A stretch of DNA of 64,000 nt from an uncultured Rikenellaceae bacterium (lineage in GTDB: Bacteria; Bacteroidota; Bacteroidia; Bacteroidales; VadinHA17): contig CAWFSO010000001.1 in assembly GCA_963818525.1 (NCBI GenBank), positions 518,357 to 582,356 on the forward strand. The letters run 5' to 3'. The position numbers and the translations under genes are program-made. Below, piece after piece: positions 1-10,284 of this stretch. The notes under the pieces were generated by a model. It searched no databases and was not told the DNA's origin. It was given only the letters and a program-made list of their open reading frames with translations. Position 1 is the stretch's first letter; each line of letters starts with the position of its first letter.

Positions 1-2
1 TT

Positions 3-107
3 GACACTCTGCAGCAGATAGAAAGTCATCTGCTTATGCGCCACTATGACGGGCTCATGAAATCCGGCCGCGTGAAAGGCAGGACCGGAGCCGTCTCGGC
101 TATGTAA
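3..107 (+). CDS. secY: Preprotein translocase subunit SecY, C-terminal fragment (5' end outside window)
   Basis: Frame 3 reads DTLQQIESHLLMRHYDGLMKSGRVKGRTGAVSAM-stop. It is absent from the ORF track because it has no Met. The C-terminus is SecY-like and sits in the canonical position just upstream of map-infA-rpmJ. Confidence 0.7.
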   Translation, partial: DTLQQIESHLLMRHYDGLMKSGRVKGRTGAVSAM

Positions 108-123
108 TTGTTGACGTTCTTTG

Positions 124-900
124 ATGATATATATTAAGACGGATGCAGAAGTAGAGTTATTGAGAGAGAGCAATTTGCTGGTCTCAAGGACTCTTGCGGA
201 AGTAGCCGGACACATCAGGCCGGGGGTGACAACCCTCAGGCTTGACAGCATCGCCGAGACCTTTATAAGGGATCACGGCGCGCTGCCCGGGTTCAAGGGT
301 TATGCCGGTTTTCCCAACACGCTCTGCACATCTGTTAATGACGAGGTGGTACACGGGATACCGTCAGACTACACCCTGAAGGAGGGAGACATAATCTCCG
401 TCGACTGCGGGGTGATACTCAACGGTTACTACGGCGACAGCGCCTACACATTTACCGTGGGCGATGTGAAACCCGAGATCCGGCGCCTTCTCGAATATAC
501 CCGGGCTTCGCTTGAGGCCGGAGTCAAGGAAGCCATTACCGGCAACCGCGTGGGAGACATCTCGCATGCGGTGCAGGCAAAGGCGGAGAGCGGTGGCTAC
601 TCGGTGGTTCGAACCCTGGTGGGTCACGGCATCGGAAAACACCTGCACGAGGGACCTGAAGTACCTAACTTCGGGAAGAGAGGCACCGGTACGAGACTCG
701 AAAGAAACCTGGTCATCTGCATCGAGCCGATGATCAACCTGGGTGGTAAAAACACACGCGTCCAGGGTGACGGGTGGACTGTCAGAACAGATGACGGCAA
801 ACCGTCAGCACATTTTGAATACGCTGTTGCGGTCAGGGACGACAAAGCGGACCTGCTCACAACATTTGAGTTTATAGAAGAAGTATTAATAAAGAGGTAA
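124..900 (+). CDS. map: Type I methionine aminopeptidase
   Basis: 259-aa ORF with MetAP-like sequence (VCHGIP-like [19 protein letters not shown] motifs). ATG at 124 is preferred over TTG at 121. Position after secY fits. Confidence 0.93.
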   Translation: MIYIKTDAEVELLRESNLLVSRTLAEVAGHIRPGVTTLRLDSIAETFIRDHGALPGFKGYAGFPNTLCTSVNDEVVHGIPSDYTLKEGDIISVDCGVILNGYYGDSAYTFTVGDVKPEIRRLLEYTRASLEAGVKEAITGNRVGDISHAVQAKAESGGYSVVRTLVGHGIGKHLHEGPEVPNFGKRGTGTRLERNLVICIEPMINLGGKNTRVQGDGWTVRTDDGKPSAHFEYAVAVRDDKADLLTTFEFIEEVLIKR

Positions 901-904
901 GAAT

Positions 905-1123
905 ATGGCCAAACAACCATCAATAGAGATTGACGGAACGATCATCGAGGCGCTCTCAAACGCGATGTTCAGAGTCAGGCTCGAAAACGGACATATCATC
1001 ACCGCCCACATCTCCGGCAAAATGAGGATGCATTACATCAAGATCCTGCCGGGTGACAAAGTGAAGGTTGAGATGTCGCCCTATGACCTTACCAAAGGAA
1101 GAATAACATTTAGATTTAAATAG
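905..1123 (+). CDS. infA: Translation initiation factor IF-1
   Basis: 72 aa with an S1-like IF-1 sequence ([30 protein letters not shown]...). Gene order is conserved. Confidence 0.96.
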   Translation: MAKQPSIEIDGTIIEALSNAMFRVRLENGHIITAHISGKMRMHYIKILPGDKVKVEMSPYDLTKGRITFRFK

Positions 1124-1137
1124 AAAAACGCACTGCG

Positions 1138-1254
1138 ATGAAAGTAAGAGCATCAATAAAAAAGCGCTCGGCCGACTGCAAGATTGTAAGGAGGAATGGG
1201 CGGCTGTATGTGATAAATAAGAAAAATCCCAAGTTCAAGCAGAGGCAGGGATAA
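1138..1254 (+). CDS. rpmJ: 50S ribosomal protein L36
   Basis: Hand-translated 38-aa [41 protein letters not shown]-stop, below the ORF-track size cutoff. It sits in the canonical infA-rpmJ-rpsM position. Confidence 0.92.
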   Translation: MKVRASIKKRSADCKIVRRNGRLYVINKKNPKFKQRQG

Positions 1255-1261
1255 AATTGAT

Positions 1262-1269
1262 TAACTTTG
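1262..1269 (+). promoter_or_regulatory. Bacteroidota -7 promoter box (TAACTTTG)
   Basis: Exact match to TAnnTTTG, 23 nt upstream of the rpsM ATG. Confidence 0.35.
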
Positions 1270-1291
1270 CACTTCAAATTAAAAGAGGTAT

Positions 1292-1669
1292 ATGGCACGT
1301 ATTAATGGGGTAGACCTACCAAGGAATAAGCAGGGCGAAGTGGCTCTCACTTATATCTATGGCATCGGACGCAGCACGGCACAGAAGGTGCTTGACAGGG
1401 CTGGCGTTGACCGCCAAATGAAAGTAGAGGAATGGAATGACGATAACATAAACGCTATCCGTCAGATCCTCTCCGAAAACTATAAGCTCGAAGGCGAACT
1501 TCGCTCCGAAACGCAGCTTAATATTAAACGACTGATGGATATCGGATGCTATCGCGGTATCCGCCACCGTATCGGACTTCCTGTGAGAGGCCAGAGCACC
1601 AAGAACAATGCCCGTACCCGTAAAGGCCGCAAGAAGACCGTTGCTAACAAGAAAAAAGCTACTAAATAA
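1292..1669 (+). CDS. rpsM: 30S ribosomal protein S13
   Basis: 125 aa starting [13 protein letters not shown]..., typical of S13. Confidence 0.97.
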   Translation: MARINGVDLPRNKQGEVALTYIYGIGRSTAQKVLDRAGVDRQMKVEEWNDDNINAIRQILSENYKLEGELRSETQLNIKRLMDIGCYRGIRHRIGLPVRGQSTKNNARTRKGRKKTVANKKKATK

Positions 1670-1676
1670 TTAACAT

Positions 1677-2066
1677 ATGGCAAAGAAGACTGGGACGTTA
1701 AAGAAGAAGGTCGTAAAAGTTGAACCCGTGGGACAGGCTCACGTTCATTCATCATTCAATAATATAATCATCAGCCTTACAAACAGTTCGGGACAGGTGA
1801 TATCATGGGCGTCAGCCGGCAAAATGGGCTTCAGGGGTTCAAAGAAGAATACCCCCTATGCCGCACAGATGGCTTCTGAAGAGTGCACCAAGGCAGCATA
1901 TGAACTTGGCCTTCGCAAGGTGAAGGTTTATGTCAAGGGACCAGGGTCAGGCCGTGAATCAGCAATACGCGCCATATCCAACAGCGGTGTCGAGGTTACT
2001 GAAATCATTGATGTCACCCCAATGCCTCATAACGGATGCCGTCCGCCTTCACGCAGAAGGGTTTAA
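1677..2066 (+). CDS. rpsK: 30S ribosomal protein S11
   Basis: 129 aa with the S11 signature ([17 protein letters not shown]...). Confidence 0.97.
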   Translation: MAKKTGTLKKKVVKVEPVGQAHVHSSFNNIIISLTNSSGQVISWASAGKMGFRGSKKNTPYAAQMASEECTKAAYELGLRKVKVYVKGPGSGRESAIRAISNSGVEVTEIIDVTPMPHNGCRPPSRRRV

Positions 2067-2112
2067 CAGCCTCTTATTTAATATTTTATAAAACGATAAA
2101 CAGTACAATTCA

Positions 2113-2721
2113 ATGGCAAGATATACAGGACCCAGATCAAAAATCGCCAGAAAATTCGGAGAGCCTATTTTCGGCCCTGACAAATACCTCGACAGGAAGA
2201 ATTTCCCGCCCGGACAGCATGGTCAGAGCAAGAAGAGGAAGAAAACCTCCGAATACGGTGTGCAGCTCCGCGAGAAGCAGAAGGTAAAATATACCTACGG
2301 CCTTCTTGAGCGCCAGTTCCGCAACTTCTTCGAGAAGGCAGCAGGAGCTTCAGGCGTTACCGGACTTGTGCTTCTCCAGATGCTCGAGTCACGCCTTGAC
2401 AATGTGGTATACCGCCTCGGTGTCGCCCCGACCAGGGCAGCAGCACGCCAGCTGGTATCCCATCGCCATATAACAGTCAATGGCAACGTTGTCAACATAC
2501 CTTCCTATATCCTCCGCCCGGGTGATATAATCGGTGTACGCGAGAAATCAAAATCACTCGAAACCATCGTTGAATGCATTGGCTCAAACCGCCGCTCAAA
2601 ACTGGCCTGGCTCGAGTGGGATGATACACAGATGGCCGGAAAATACATGAGTGTCCCTGAACGTTCTGAAATTCACGAAGATATCAAGGAACAGCTTATC
2701 GTTGAACTATATTCCAAGTAA
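2113..2721 (+). CDS. rpsD: 30S ribosomal protein S4
   Basis: 202 aa starting [21 protein letters not shown], with an S4 domain. Confidence 0.97.
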   Translation: MARYTGPRSKIARKFGEPIFGPDKYLDRKNFPPGQHGQSKKRKKTSEYGVQLREKQKVKYTYGLLERQFRNFFEKAAGASGVTGLVLLQMLESRLDNVVYRLGVAPTRAAARQLVSHRHITVNGNVVNIPSYILRPGDIIGVREKSKSLETIVECIGSNRRSKLAWLEWDDTQMAGKYMSVPERSEIHEDIKEQLIVELYSK

Positions 2722-2739
2722 TAAAGTAATACAATTCAT

Positions 2740-3732
2740 ATGGCCATATTAGCATTCCAGAAACCTGACAAAGTAATATTACTGGAAGCGGACGACCAGT
2801 ACGGAAAATTTGAATTCCGCCCGCTTGAACCCGGCTATGGCATAACCGTAGGTAATGCTCTCAGAAGAATCCTTCTCTCATCACTCGAAGGATTTGCCAT
2901 CACAACAATCAAGTTGGAGGGCGTTGACCATGAATTCTCCACAATCACCGGAGTCATGGAAGATGTCACCGAGATAATCCTGAACCTGAAACAGATCCGT
3001 TTCAAAAGAATGGTTGAGGATATCGACAGTGAGAAGATAGTGGTCAAACTGTCCGGCCAGGAGGTTTTTAAGGCCGGCGACCTCAATAACTCACTGAGCA
3101 GCTTCGAGGTACTTAATCCGGAGATGGTCATCTGCCGCATGGAACCCGATGTAAAACTGCAGATCGAAATAAACATCAATAAGGGCAGGGGATATGTCCC
3201 GGCTGAGGAAAACCAGCCAGCAGAGGCTGAGTTCGGTGTCATTGCCGTTGACTCAATCTTCACCCCGATAAGGAACGTTAAATATTCCATAGAAAACTAC
3301 AGGGTCGAACAGAAGACTGACTATGAGAAGCTTATCCTCGAGATCACCACTGACGGGTCAATACATCCGAAAGATGCCCTCAAGGAGGCTGCCAAGATCC
3401 TGATATACCACTTCATGCTCTTCTCGGAAGACAAGATCACCATTGACTATGAAGATAAAATGGCCAATGAGGAGTTTGATGAGGAGATACTCCACATGCG
3501 TCAGCTGCTTAAGACCAAGCTCGTTGACCTTGACCTCTCAGTGAGAGCTCTCAACTGCCTTAAGGCCGCTGAGGTTGAATCACTGGGTGACCTTGTCAAG
3601 TTCAACAAGAACGACCTCCTTAAGTTCCGTAACTTCGGCAAGAAGTCACTGACTGAACTTGATGAGCTTCTTGAGACAATGAACCTCTCATTCGGGATGG
3701 ATGTGGCAAAATATAAACTCGACAAAGATTAA
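2740..3732 (+). CDS. rpoA: DNA-directed RNA polymerase subunit alpha
   Basis: 330 aa with RpoA N-terminal and C-terminal domain sequence ([10 protein letters not shown]). Position between rpsD and rplQ fits. Confidence 0.97.
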   Translation: MAILAFQKPDKVILLEADDQYGKFEFRPLEPGYGITVGNALRRILLSSLEGFAITTIKLEGVDHEFSTITGVMEDVTEIILNLKQIRFKRMVEDIDSEKIVVKLSGQEVFKAGDLNNSLSSFEVLNPEMVICRMEPDVKLQIEININKGRGYVPAEENQPAEAEFGVIAVDSIFTPIRNVKYSIENYRVEQKTDYEKLILEITTDGSIHPKDALKEAAKILIYHFMLFSEDKITIDYEDKMANEEFDEEILHMRQLLKTKLVDLDLSVRALNCLKAAEVESLGDLVKFNKNDLLKFRNFGKKSLTELDELLETMNLSFGMDVAKYKLDKD

Positions 3733-3754
3733 TAACAGGTAAGGATAGAGAGAA

Positions 3755-4297
3755 ATGCGACATTTAAATGCTATAAACCACCTTGGAAGAAAAAGCGCTG
3801 ACAGGAAGGCAATGATGGCCAACCTGGCGTCATCACTCATTCTTCACAAGCGTATTGCAACCACCAACGCCAAGGCGCGCGCGCTGAGGAGATATGTTGA
3901 ACCACTCATCACCAAGTCAAAGGATGATTCAACACACTCACGCAGGATGGTATTCAGTTATCTTGAGAATAAAGATGCCGTCTCGGAGCTCTTCAGGGAA
4001 GTGGCACCGCGCATCGCATCACGCCCGGGAGGCTATACCCGGATACTGAAAATGGGCAACCGCCTTGGTGACTCCGCCGAGATGTGTCTTATCGAACTCG
4101 TCGACTTCAATGAGAACATGCTCTCAGGTGAAGGTGGCAAGGCCAAGACAACACGCCGCCGCCGCAGTCCGAAGAAGAAGGCAGAAACAGTTGCCGTAAC
4201 CGAAGCGCCGGCCGCAAAGGCAAAAGTTGCCAAAGAAACCGCCGCACCAGAGACCGCACCGGAAGAAAACACCGCTGACGCTGATCCAAAAGAATAG
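3755..4297 (+). CDS. rplQ: 50S ribosomal protein L17 with Ala/Lys/Glu-rich C-terminal tail
   Basis: 180 aa starting [20 protein letters not shown]..., an L17 core followed by a low-complexity tail. Confidence 0.95.
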   Translation: MRHLNAINHLGRKSADRKAMMANLASSLILHKRIATTNAKARALRRYVEPLITKSKDDSTHSRRMVFSYLENKDAVSELFREVAPRIASRPGGYTRILKMGNRLGDSAEMCLIELVDFNENMLSGEGGKAKTTRRRRSPKKKAETVAVTEAPAAKAKVAKETAAPETAPEENTADADPKE

Positions 4298-4317
4298 CAG
4301 CACATGCTCATATACAG

Positions 4318-4353
4318 AAGGGATATTGTCTTTGGGGCCATATCCCTTTTTTT
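4318..4353 (+). terminator. Putative intrinsic terminator after rplQ
   Basis: Stem AAGGGATAT (4318-4326) pairs with ATATCCCTT (4340-4348), followed by a T-run. The loop is rather long at 13 nt. Confidence 0.5.
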
Positions 4354-4384
4354 CATACATTTCAGATAATCTATTAAAACATAA

Positions 4385-5668
<1,284 letters not shown>

Positions 5669-5677
5669 TATGTGATT

Positions 5678-5705
5678 GCGGGGACGGTCCCTGGAACGTC
5701 CCCGC
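5678..5705 (+). terminator. 9-bp GC-rich hairpin after eno (no U-tract)
   Basis: GCGGGGACG (5678-5686) pairs perfectly with CGTCCCCGC (5697-5705) across a 10-nt loop. No T-run follows, so terminator function is uncertain. Confidence 0.4.
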
Positions 5706-5804
5706 AACTTCCGGAATAAAACTCCTTCCCCGGATGGGGGAGTGGTACTCCTGACGGTAACGCCGGGGGAGAGGGGGGGGCTGACGTGCCACCTTCTTTT
5801 TTTA

Positions 5805-5812
5805 TATATTTG
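5805..5812 (+). promoter_or_regulatory. Bacteroidota -7 promoter box (TATATTTG)
   Basis: Exact TAnnTTTG match, 18 nt upstream of the ATG at 5830. Confidence 0.4.
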
Positions 5813-5829
5813 TACAAATCTGCTTCTCA

Positions 5830-7719
5830 ATGTCATTCAACGGCCTGGCCCATTATGTAAACTTCCTTGAGTCGCGCGGCGATCTGGCCCGTGTCAAATG
5901 TCATGTTGATCCCGTTCTTGAGATCACAGAGATAGCTGACCGGATGGTCAAGAACGGAGGCAAAGCCCTTTTATTTGAAGATACCGGTACCGGTTTTCCG
6001 CTTCTGATCAACGCCTTTGCCTCTGATGACCGAATGGCAGCCGCCATCGGACGCAGCTCACTCGATGATGCCGGTGAGGAGATCTTTTCCCTGGTTGAAT
6101 CGTTCAGCCAGGCTCCGGGACTGTTGGCCAAGCTGGTACGTCTTCCGCAGATGTTTCAGCTGCTGAGGCTGATACCCCGGAAGAAGAGGGGAAGGGGTGC
6201 GTGCCAGGAGGTGGTTGAGCCCGTTGCAGACCTGGATATCCTTCCCGTACTTAAGTGCTGGCCTCATGACGGCGGACGTTTCATCACCCTCCCGCTGGTA
6301 CATACGGTTCACCCCGGTACCGGCAGGCCCAACCTGGGGATGTATCGCATGCAGATAATGGGCAAGGATATTACCGGAATGCACTGGCACCGTCATAAGA
6401 CAGGCGCCCGTCATTTTGAGGCTTATAAGAAGGAGGGAAAGCGGATGCCTGTCACGGTGACGCTGGGCGGCGACCCGGTCTACACCTATTCCGCCACGGC
6501 ACCGCTGCCTGAGGATGTCAATGAGTATCTCCTTGCAGGCTTCCTCCGCCGCAAAAGGGTCACCCTGGTCAAATGCCTCACCAATGACCTGTGGGTGCCC
6601 GCTGACTCTGACATTGTCATTGAAGGTTATGTTGATACCTCAGAGGCGCCTGTGACAGAGGGCCCCTTCGGTGACCATACGGGATTCTATTCCCTCTCCG
6701 ACCTCTATCCCGTGTTTCATGTCACCTGCATCACCCACCGCAGGGATGCCGTCTATCCGGCAACCATCGTTGGTGTGCCTCCCATGGAAGACGCATGGAT
6801 GGGCAAGGCAACGGAAAAGATATTCTTTGCTCCGATCAAGCTGGCAATTGCTCCTGAGATACGTGAGCTGCACATGCCGGTCTCAGGGGTTGCCCATAAC
6901 CTGGTGATAGTCAGTATCGACAAGACATACCCGGGGCAGGGGCTGAAGGTTCTCAGTGCCCTCTTCGGGGCGGGTCAGATGATGCTGAGCAAGTATATCA
7001 TTGTGGTGAGCAGCCCCGTCAATGTCCATGACTACCAGATGGTTGCAGATGCTATCTTCGCCAATGCAAGGTTCGAGACTGACCTGCTCCTCACCCGTGG
7101 TCCGCTTGACGTGCTTGACCACTCATCAGACAGGTTCAGCATGGGAGGCAAGATGGGGATCGATGCCACCATTAAGCTGTCTGAGGAGCGCACAGCCGAG
7201 TATCATTCGCTTCCGCTGTTGCTGCTTACTGACGCCGAGGTGACAGGTGATGTCATCACCGGCATGAAGACCATGGCGGAGTTTGCCCTTCCCCTGGCGG
7301 TACTTACCATCAGGAAACCGCCACAGGGTCTTGACATGCACCGCCTCGCCACCAGGCTACCCTCCGCTCTCACCATGCCCGGCACGGTAATCGTTGCTGT
7401 GGATGAAGGTGCTGACGCCGATGATCCCGCGATGATCACCTGGCTGGTGACAGGCAACAGCGACCCTGCGCGTGACCTCTACCACCTTGACGGAGGAGCC
7501 ATATTCATTGATGCCACCTCCAAAACACGCTCCCTCCCGGCCTTCCCGCGCGATTGGCCCAACGTGGTATGCTCTGACAGCGAGACAATAGCCCTGGTTG
7601 ACAGGCGCTGGACTGAATATGGGGCCGGTGAGTTCCATGAGTCTCCGTCGCTGAAGCTGCTGCCCCTCCTCAGACCCGGGGAGGCTGCCGTGGAGTCAGC
7701 CAATACTGCGGTGAAGTGA
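5830..7719 (+). CDS. UbiD-family decarboxylase (menaquinone-biosynthesis decarboxylase type), long form
   Basis: 629 aa with a UbiD-like N-terminus (LAHYVNFLESRGDLARVKCHVDPVLEITEIADR...), GDHTGFYS, and a long C-terminal extension. Confidence 0.85.
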   Translation: MSFNGLAHYVNFLESRGDLARVKCHVDPVLEITEIADRMVKNGGKALLFEDTGTGFPLLINAFASDDRMAAAIGRSSLDDAGEEIFSLVESFSQAPGLLAKLVRLPQMFQLLRLIPRKKRGRGACQEVVEPVADLDILPVLKCWPHDGGRFITLPLVHTVHPGTGRPNLGMYRMQIMGKDITGMHWHRHKTGARHFEAYKKEGKRMPVTVTLGGDPVYTYSATAPLPEDVNEYLLAGFLRRKRVTLVKCLTNDLWVPADSDIVIEGYVDTSEAPVTEGPFGDHTGFYSLSDLYPVFHVTCITHRRDAVYPATIVGVPPMEDAWMGKATEKIFFAPIKLAIAPEIRELHMPVSGVAHNLVIVSIDKTYPGQGLKVLSALFGAGQMMLSKYIIVVSSPVNVHDYQMVADAIFANARFETDLLLTRGPLDVLDHSSDRFSMGGKMGIDATIKLSEERTAEYHSLPLLLLTDAEVTGDVITGMKTMAEFALPLAVLTIRKPPQGLDMHRLATRLPSALTMPGTVIVAVDEGADADDPAMITWLVTGNSDPARDLYHLDGGAIFIDATSKTRSLPAFPRDWPNVVCSDSETIALVDRRWTEYGAGEFHESPSLKLLPLLRPGEAAVESANTAVK

Positions 7720-8696
7720 TCATTCTGCTGCCAGCGGCTGCAACTCTTGCAATGGCACCGGGCCTGAGAGACAACCCGGTCATTAACTATGCAATCGCTG
7801 TATTCATCGTTGTTGCCCTTATCTACCTCGCAATACTGCAGTTCTGGGTGCTGCTTCGCACCAGGAAGCACCTGACAGAGATGAAGGGCGCCTATAATGA
7901 GATCGATACCCAGCGCTCCGAGCTTCAGCTGCGTAACAAGGATCTGACCGACAGCCTGAACTATGCCCGCAGGATACAGGCGGCACTGCTTCCCGCAGAG
8001 CATCATATCCGGAAGATATTCACCAACTACTTTATCTATTACCGCCCGAAGCATATCGTGAGCGGCGATTTCTACTGGTTCAGCGAGCGCGATGACAAGT
8101 ATTTCATCGCTGCGGCTGACTGCACAGGCCATGGCGTGCCCGGAGCCCTCATGTCAATGATAGGCCTGGAGCTGATACAGAAGATAATCAACGAGATGAA
8201 GGTCGATGACACTGACCAGTTGCTTCTCACCATGAACCGGGAACTTGAATCGGCCTTCTTCAAGGAGGAGAGCGGCAAAGCCCTCATCAAGGACGGCATA
8301 GAGATGAGCATCTGCATTATCGACAAGAAGACAAGGGAGATGGAGTTCTCGGGCGCTTTCCTGCCTGTATATATCGTGCGTGACGACAAGCTTATAGAGA
8401 TAAAGGGAGACAAGAAGAACGTGGTGCAGTCTTTTGCCATGGTCTCGTTCAACCGCAGCACCTTCAGGCTCCAGGAGGGCGACCTTCTCTACCTCTTCTC
8501 CGACGGTTACGCTGACCAGTTCGGAGGGCCGGAGAATAAAAAGTTCATGTACCGCCGGCTGAGGCATCTTCTGCTCACAATCAGCAAATATCCGCTTATA
8601 GACCAGGAGAGGATTCTTGATGAGACCATCGCATCATGGATGAATGGTCATGATCAGATAGATGACATGATGATTCTCGGGGTACGGCCGTTCTGA
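7716..8696 (+). CDS. PP2C/SpoIIE-family protein phosphatase with N-terminal membrane segment
   Basis: 326 aa with a hydrophobic N-terminus, then ARRIQAALLP, SGDFYWF, DCTGHGVPGA and SDGYADQFGG motifs typical of SpoIIE/RsbU phosphatases. The GTG start overlaps the upstream stop (GTGA). Confidence 0.85.
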   Translation: MIILLPAAATLAMAPGLRDNPVINYAIAVFIVVALIYLAILQFWVLLRTRKHLTEMKGAYNEIDTQRSELQLRNKDLTDSLNYARRIQAALLPAEHHIRKIFTNYFIYYRPKHIVSGDFYWFSERDDKYFIAAADCTGHGVPGALMSMIGLELIQKIINEMKVDDTDQLLLTMNRELESAFFKEESGKALIKDGIEMSICIIDKKTREMEFSGAFLPVYIVRDDKLIEIKGDKKNVVQSFAMVSFNRSTFRLQEGDLLYLFSDGYADQFGGPENKKFMYRRLRHLLLTISKYPLIDQERILDETIASWMNGHDQIDDMMILGVRPF

Positions 8697-8818
8697 GGTA
8701 AGGAATGATGATTCCCGGAGCATGCCCTTTCTGAGACCTGAACAGATGATTCCTGAAACAATGCCTTTCTGAAGCCAGAATTGATGATTCCTGGTACAAT
8801 GCCTTTCTGAGGTCAGAT
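8667..8818. repeat. 38-bp tandem repeat x4; copy 0 is the 3' coding end of the phosphatase gene
   Basis: Four indel-free 38-nt copies start at 8667, 8705, 8743 and 8781. GATGATTC and TTCTGA blocks are conserved. Confidence 0.9.
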
Positions 8819-10171
8819 CAGGGCAACGATCTTTTCGATGAGCACATCGGGCTCTATCGGTTTGCTGATATAATCATCCATACCCACGGCCAGGCACTGC
8901 TCCCTGTCGCCCAGCATCGCATTGGCTGTTATGGCAATTATCGGGACGTGTATCTGGGTGCTCATCTCAAGCCCCCTGATCTTTTCTGCTGCCACCAGTC
9001 CGTTCATCACGGGCATCTGTACATCCATGAGTATGAGGTCATAGCGTGATGTCCCGAACATGTCGAGCGCCTCCTTGCCGTTACGGGCTATTTCCAGCCG
9101 CCTGACCAGCGGTTCGAGCATAAGCTGAGTGATGCGCTGGTTGATGGGGTTGTCTTCAACGAGGAGTATCGACAGGTCTTTCAGCTCCTTCTTGCCTTTT
9201 TCCCTGGGCATGCCCTTCATGAGGGTGCTGGCCGCGGCCGGGCGTTCGACCTTATCGGCTCTGCGGATGTTTACGAAGAAGACGAAGTATGATCCGGCGC
9301 CGGCGGTGGTCTCCTGCCACGTTCCCCCGGTGTCATGTATCAGCCTGCCTGAGAGGGGAAAGGGCTGACGTCCTTCGCCAATGAACACTACAGGGTTGTT
9401 CGAAGAGAGGGTGAATTCAACCTTCTGCATCCCGTCGCGCTCGCCGGCCTCCCGGGCCTGTATCTTGATGGTTACCTTGTCAGAGGTGCCTGAGATGGCG
9501 GCGCTGAGAAGGTCAATCAGTATCTGTTTGAGAATGATGGGGTCACCCATGTATTCAGTCGCACCCTCGCCACGGTCATCATAGAGGATCAGGCTCTGTT
9601 CATGCCTCCTGTTGAGCTTCATCAGCTCGATGGTGTCTTTTATTATGGGCCCGAGCCTGAAGCGTATCTCCCCTCTGCGTTCAAAGGTGATGTTGCCTGC
9701 CGTCTCCATGGTAAGCTCATTGACCACCTCAACCATAGAGCCTGTAGAGGCTACGAAGGTCTCGACAAGCTCCTGCTGCTTGGGAGAGGTGGTGGTCTCC
9801 CTGAGCATGTTGCCAAGGAGCACGAGGTTGTTGAGCGGCTCCCTTATCTTGTGTGAGAATGAGTTGATTACATCCTCGTTCTTCTCGGCTATGGAAGCCA
9901 GCTCCCTGATGATTGCCCTGCTGTCGGTTATGAGCCTGCGCAGTTCGTATACTGCCATCACCAGCGGAACAAGAGCCAGGCCGCCTGCCACAAGGGGAAT
10001 GTACAAAAGCCCCGCCAGGGCAGCGGAGAGTGCAATGATTACCAGAAGCAGAGCCACAGCCACCGGCATCAGTATCCGATCCCTTGTCCGCCTGGTCAAC
10101 AGGTCAGAATGCGGAATGGAGGCTGGTTTTGATCTTTTCGGCATATTGTGAGCACAGTAGAGTAATGACAT
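8813..10171 (-). CDS. Hybrid sensor histidine kinase/response regulator with degenerate ATPase domain
   Basis: 452 aa with two N-terminal TM segments, an H-box FSHKIREPLNNL, a HATPase-like region lacking N/G1/G2 consensus residues, and a C-terminal receiver (ILLVEDNPINQ...DLILMDVQMP...KP). Confidence 0.8.
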   Translation of the reverse strand: MSLLYCAHNMPKRSKPASIPHSDLLTRRTRDRILMPVAVALLLVIIALSAALAGLLYIPLVAGGLALVPLVMAVYELRRLITDSRAIIRELASIAEKNEDVINSFSHKIREPLNNLVLLGNMLRETTTSPKQQELVETFVASTGSMVEVVNELTMETAGNITFERRGEIRFRLGPIIKDTIELMKLNRRHEQSLILYDDRGEGATEYMGDPIILKQILIDLLSAAISGTSDKVTIKIQAREAGERDGMQKVEFTLSSNNPVVFIGEGRQPFPLSGRLIHDTGGTWQETTAGAGSYFVFFVNIRRADKVERPAAASTLMKGMPREKGKKELKDLSILLVEDNPINQRITQLMLEPLVRRLEIARNGKEALDMFGTSRYDLILMDVQMPVMNGLVAAEKIRGLEMSTQIHVPIIAITANAMLGDREQCLAVGMDDYISKPIEPDVLIEKIVALI

Positions 10172-10284
10172 TCAAAGATACATGAATTTCAATAAAGATG
10201 TGAGGAGGGTTGCTTTCAGAGTATATAAAAGATTATTTTTGCCTTACGGTATAATATTTGAGGTAAAGTTTGAAAAAGAGTGTG

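Noticed and set aside
596-625. tRNA T-arm-like string GGTGGTTCGAACCCTGGTGGG.
   Set aside because: It lies inside the map coding frame ([10 protein letters not shown]). No acceptor or anticodon arms can be built around it. No tRNA-like cloverleaf was seen anywhere else in the window.
5762-5781. G-quadruplex in the GGGGGAGAGGGGGGGG tract.
   Set aside because: Only three G3+ runs can be formed within short loops. A fourth run is about 20-40 nt away, so it does not meet the canonical G3+N1-7 x4 pattern.
5676-5870. 64-aa ORF covering the eno/UbiD spacer and the UbiD-family start.
   Set aside because: It runs through hairpins, the G-rich tract and the promoter box, overlaps the UbiD-family start out of frame, and has a Gly/Arg/Pro/Leu-biased composition.
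7479-8132. 217-aa minus-strand ORF spanning the UbiD-family/PP2C gene junction. Similar long antisense ORFs lie at 9612-10151, 15556-16113, 21888-22415, 35026-35574, 37610-38179, 40143-40787 and 46380-46976.
   Set aside because: Each lies entirely antisense to a confidently identified gene. Each has Arg/Ser/Leu/Gly-rich, low-information composition and no recognisable motifs. These are typical shadow ORFs of a moderately GC-rich genome.
8667-8818. Whether the tandem repeats here and at 41752 and 57541 could be a CRISPR array.
   Set aside because: The units are directly adjacent with no unique spacers, there are only 2-4 units, no cas genes are present, and the first or last unit is demonstrably a gene's coding 3' end.
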